The position numbers and the translations under genes are program-made. Positions 59,087 to 64,000 of a stretch of DNA of 64,000 nucleotides are shown piece after piece (positions within the stretch are counted from its first letter, which is position 1; each line of letters starts with the position of its first letter). The stretch lies in assembly GCF_037042905.1 (NCBI RefSeq), contig NC_087250.1, forward strand, positions 5,892,001 to 5,956,000, given 5' to 3'. Origin of the DNA: Lytechinus pictus (Eukaryota). The notes under the pieces were generated by a model. It did no database searches. It had not been told where the DNA came from and saw only the letters and a program-made list of their open reading frames with translations.

Positions 59087-61116
59087 AGCCCCAGTCACAT
59101 ATAGACACGGATCATCCCGGATCAACACGGCAATGCCGGCATGATCCGGGGAGGTCCGGGATAGCTTTGCCCCGGATGACTGTAAACACGGCATCAACAC
59201 GGCAGCTTCACACGGATCTACACGGACCATGCCGGCAGAGCATGTCGTCAACACGGACCGACACGTCAGCAACACGGACCTACACGTCAGCTACACGGAC
59301 CAACACGTCAGCAACACGGACCAACACGTCAGCAACACGGACCATCACGTCAGCTACACGGACCAACACGTCAGCAACACGGACCAACACGTCAGCTACA
59401 AGGACCAACACGGACCAACGCGTCAGCAACACGGACCATCACGTCAGCTACACGGACCAACACGTCAGCTACACGGACCAACACGTCAGCTCAAGGACCA
59501 ACACGGCAGCTATATTGACCAGCACGGCAAATGAAAATCTGTTCATAATAATGAGCTGATATTTATTAATTTAATTTTTTATTTATTTATTTATCTATTT
59601 ATTTATTTTTTTCTCATCCTTGTCGCAACATTATATTATGTTGTTTTTAAAAAATATATCAAAACTCAAAACTTCCTTAACCAGTAAAAACGCTGCTTTT
59701 TTATACAACACAGTTTACTGTTTTAAAAGTAGTTGTCAAGTACTTTAAATCTTGAACGACAAATTTAATTTTGATTTGATTTGATATCACTTTATTGAAA
59801 TCACAATAAAGGAAAGAAATTTACAAAGTCAATAGAAAACATAATAAAAATTAAGATAGGCCCAGGTCATGACGAATAACTGTCGATGCAGGGCAGTAGT
59901 ACAAACTTAATGTACAATTTCGATGTAACAGGTACATTACATAAATTATATACATATATTACATAGGTTATGTAGATTCGAATCAGTGATAGGTCAATAC
60001 ACCATCACGTGACCATAACTGCGAGGATCGCATTTGTTATATTCTAGGTTTTGACGTCACCTCAGGGAATATACTGCGTTGTATTGTCAATTGCGGCGTT
60101 ATATTCACTAAGGTGACGTCACTCGCTGCATACAAGTTGCGTAACAAGGTAGTTTATTTGATGTACGCGCTAATGTAAACGCGTCGATTGCATGAAGTAC
60201 GCGCTTGATGTATTTTCAAAAAATATATATATTATATTATGACGTAGATGGATTAGAGCTGTTGCAAGAATTTCGGGTTTGAGCCAGATGATGAATGCAA
60301 TTTCTGATGGCGAATCCACATAGACTATATAATATAACAGATATTGCAAGGACTATCGTTTTAATAAATAACATTTCAACTCCCCTCCGAAGCTATATTT
60401 TTCCCTCGGGATAATATTTTCCCTCAGCGCTGCGCACTTCGGGCAAAATATAATCCCTTGGGAAAAATATAACTCCGTCAGGGAGAGGAAATGTTATATT
60501 CAAACTCTAGGTAGGCAATATCTGTATAATAACATATTTTTTAAAAATAAAATGTGAAATAATAATAACAGACAAAGTTGGGGTAAATATTAGAAAAAAA
60601 AAGAGAGAAAAAAAATATTCATACATGCACTAAGTTTACAAATATTAGGTTGGGGCCAATATCCAAAGCGTAAGAAAATATCCTGAATCATTCAATCATC
60701 CATTTAATCATAAATAAATTGAGCATGTTTGTGTCAACTGTTTAACAACTACTGAAAAGTTCATAAAGTAAATAGCGTTGTAAAGATTTGATGGGAAAAA
60801 AGAACACGGACTGCCAAGGATACTCCAGGCAGCCACACGGACTTACACGGCAGCTACACGGCAGCCACACGGACCTACACGGCAGCTACACGGACCATCC
60901 CGGATGGCTTTGCCAACCCGGCAGTCCACGGATGACGCCGGATGTTTTTGACAGTCAAAAACTGCCGTGTTGGCCTCCCGGACGTTCAAGGACCAACACG
61001 GACCACCCCGGACCTCCAAGGATGCCCAAGGCGCCAACACGGATCTCTCCCCGGACCACCCCGGATCAGATCCGGGATGGTCCGGGGTGGTCCGGGGTCT
61101 ATATGTGACTGGGGCT
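59087..61116. mobile_element. 2-kb non-autonomous element (Harbinger-like TWA flanks) with ACACGG-rich subterminal repeats
   Basis: TIR agccccagtcacatatagac / gtctatatgtgactggggct; flanks TAA/TTA. Confidence 0.82.
59250..59510 (+). repeat. 21-bp minisatellite ACACGGACCAACACGTCAGC(A/T)
   Basis: About 12 tandem units, by direct reading. Confidence 0.92.
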
Positions 61117-61430
61117 TTAGGCCTGACGAAGGATCAGATTGCCATTGATAAAGTAAGTACATGTACCAAAGGGTGGGGGGCTGGGGGTGACATTTGTGTA
61201 ATAAGAATTCACGTACGTTTTAGGGGGCAAGATGGCATATAAAGGGCAAGATCTGGAAGCTTGGAGCGCGCGATCATGAACATCATCAAAATGGAGATTC
61301 ACGATCGACAGTAAATTATAATTGGGGGGCCGGGGGGGGGGGGGGGGTATGATAGCGCAGGCCTTTCCCCGGCCCCTATAAGATCGGAGGGTCGTTAGTC
61401 GTAAAAGTAGAGGGTCGTATCGTTCGTTTA

Positions 61431-62005
61431 AGGACAAGCCTACCCCAACTAAAAAAAATATTTGAAAAAAGAGAAAAATCTAAAAGCATAACATTGAAAA
61501 TGACATCAAAATCGGATATAAAATAGTTATGAAATTTCAAAGTTTCGCTTAATTTCACATAACACTTGTATGCACATCCTGGTCGGTATGCAAACGACGA
61601 GACTGATGACGTCATCCACTCACTATTTCTTTTGTATTTTATTATACGAAATATGAAATATTCTAAATTTCTCCTCATTGTCAAGTGAAACAGTGATCAA
61701 TTCCTCCCATGTGGAATTTGCATTGTTTATTACAATATGGTTCGGTCAAGTCGGTCAAATCTGTAAAAAAAAAAAAAATTATTGTATAATTATTCAAACC
61801 ATTTAGTGAGTGATGGACATCATGGACTGACCCATTTGCATGTCACCGAGTTGTGCACATCACCGTTTTGTGAAAAATAAGCGAAATTTTAAAATACCAC
61901 AACTTTCTTATTTTACATCCAATTTTGATGAAATTTTCAGTGTTAGGCTAGTTTGATTTTTCTCTATTTATTAAAATCAACATTTTGCTGGGGTGGACTT
62001 CACCT
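61431..62005. mobile_element. Kolobok-like MITE, reverse orientation
   Basis: Reverse complement of 22348-22950 with degraded ends. Confidence 0.8.
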
Positions 62006-63443
62006 TCAATTATAAGGAAAGGAGTGTCGCTAAACAAATAGTAGAGGGTCGCCGGTCATAAGAGTGTCGCTATAAAGTACGAGAAGACTGTTACATAGTC
62101 ATCATCATGTTAAAGGGGGTCGCTATTCATAATCAAAGAAGAGGATCGCTAGCATACAGTTATAACATGGAAAAGCTTAGCTAGGTTTAATATTCATAAG
62201 GGTCGCCAGTAGTAAAACATAGACACGATAGACTCGTAATATATAGTCATAACAGAAGAGGGTCGCAAGTCATTAAAGCAGAAGGGGATCGCAGGTCATT
62301 AATAGTATTAGTAATGCCAGAGGTCACCAGTCACAATATTTATGGGGGTGACTTAAACTATATTTTCCCCAATAAGACATCTCAAAAGGTCTAAGTTAAT
62401 TACAAATGCAAGGTCAAAGCGCGAGCTCTTTTTGGATACTTCATTTATTCAGACCTGAAAATTTGAAACAACGCAATTGGCCGTAAATTCTTATTCATAG
62501 ACTTAAAGACATTATGAAGAGAATAACTTGGCCATTGATATGAGCATTAAGAATAATTAGGGATGCACCATTAGATATCCAGGGGGGCTGGAAGTTAAAA
62601 AACAAAACTTGTTAAATGAGCAAAAAAAATCTTGACTCGCCATCAGAGTAAAAAAAAAATTGGTCCACTGATAAATCATATGAAAGGGGCAAAAACTGCT
62701 CGTGCTTCGCGCTCGCATTATTCATTTATTTGAGCCTAGTATTTCGGGGGGGGGGGGGAGGGGGTTACTCAGTGTGTTCCTTATGTAAAGGCGCTTAAAA
62801 TCTCAAATTTTCATATCACATAAAAATCGTCTTATAGGCTTCCCATCACTTGCATCAAGATATCAATCCTTTTCATTACAAAAAGTACATAGAATGTCCT
62901 GTTTGGGGGTCTAAACCTTAAAAAATAGCACACACTTTCCGCTCATATTAGATCATGGTTACAAAACTAAGTGTTTAGAATGTCCGGTCATGAAATCGAG
63001 TTTTCAAAGGAGGTAAAAAAAAAGGTAAATTGCCGATTCGTCCATTGCCAACACATCTTCTCACGTCCATCAACATTACGTCTAACAATCATTATAGGTC
63101 AATGACCATAATGTGCTATCAACATTTAGTCTAATCACCAGTTAGTCTATGACCATTTCGTCTAACCAGTTGGATTAATACTCGTTGATTTCCATTTGTT
63201 TTGCCGAATAAACATTTTAGACCAATTGTATAAAGAAATGACTTTTGGACCAACTGGTTATTAGACGAAATGGCAATTATACCATGCGTATATTTTGACA
63301 ACTGATGGTAGACAAACTTCTATTATACGAGTTGGTAATTTGACGAACTAGTATTTGACTTAATGAAAAATTTTTTTGACTAAAGCTACTTAGCGCCCCT
63401 CTTAGTATAATGAGCAGTGACCCTCTTCATTGATTATTATTAA

Positions 63444-63994
63444 AGGTCAAGTCCACCCCAGAAAATGTTGATTTGAATAAATAGAGAAAAATCGAACGAG
63501 CACAACGCTGAAATTTCATCAAAATCAGATGTTAAATAAGAAAGTAATGACATATTAAGGTTTCGCTTATTTTCACAAAATATAGTGATATGCACAATTA
63601 AGTGACATGCAAATGAGACAGACGATGGTGTCCATCACTGTTTTTTTATTGTTTGAATTATACAATATTTATTTTTTAAACAGATTTGGCAATAAGGACC
63701 AACCATATAGTATTAATCAATGCTAACTCCACATGTTCAGAGAGGAATTGATTGCTGTTTCAGTTGACAATGAGGAAAATAGTTCATATAATGAAATACA
63801 AAATAGTGAGTGGATGACGTCATCAGTCTTCTCATTTGCATATCGACCAGGATATTTTTTTCGTAAAATTAAGTGTAACTATAAAATGCCACAACTTTTT
63901 TTTTACATCCGATTTCGAGGAAATTTTCAGTGCTATGCTTGTTTGAATTTTCTCTTTTTATTCAAACCAACTTTTGTTGTGGTGGACTTCTCCT
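63444..63994. mobile_element. Kolobok-like MITE
   Basis: TTAA-aggtcaagtccacccc...gtggacttctcct. Confidence 0.8.
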
Positions 63995-64000
63995 TTGAAT

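Noticed and set aside
59035..59559. 174-aa TRTNTSA-repeat protein
   Set aside because: The ORF arises from a 21-bp minisatellite inside a TIR element and is open in more than one frame.

Overview
Eukaryotic, intron- and repeat-rich genomic DNA. The repeat types suggest a marine invertebrate such as a sea urchin; this is an inference. Main content: (1) A complete minus-strand aurora borealis (Bora) gene. Its nine coding exons join with GT-AG sites and consistent phases into a 3240-nt CDS (1079 aa), preceded by a probable non-coding first exon. (2) A probable MZT1 first exon starting ~200 bp away, head-to-head, as in the human BORA/MZT1 arrangement. (3) Three short, co-oriented paralogous ORFs of unknown function (8.3, 15.4 and 18.6 kb), each with a GTAAG splice donor 1-4 nt after the stop codon. 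(4) Two tandem arrays inside Bora introns built from the 3' end of the preceding exon plus its splice donor. (5) Many non-autonomous DNA transposons and tRNA-derived SINEs, several with exact TIR/TSD evidence, empty-site controls and multi-level nesting. I found no prokaryotic features, CRISPR array, rRNA, genuine tRNA or intact transposase. All coordinates were read by eye; repeat boundaries may be off by a few bases.
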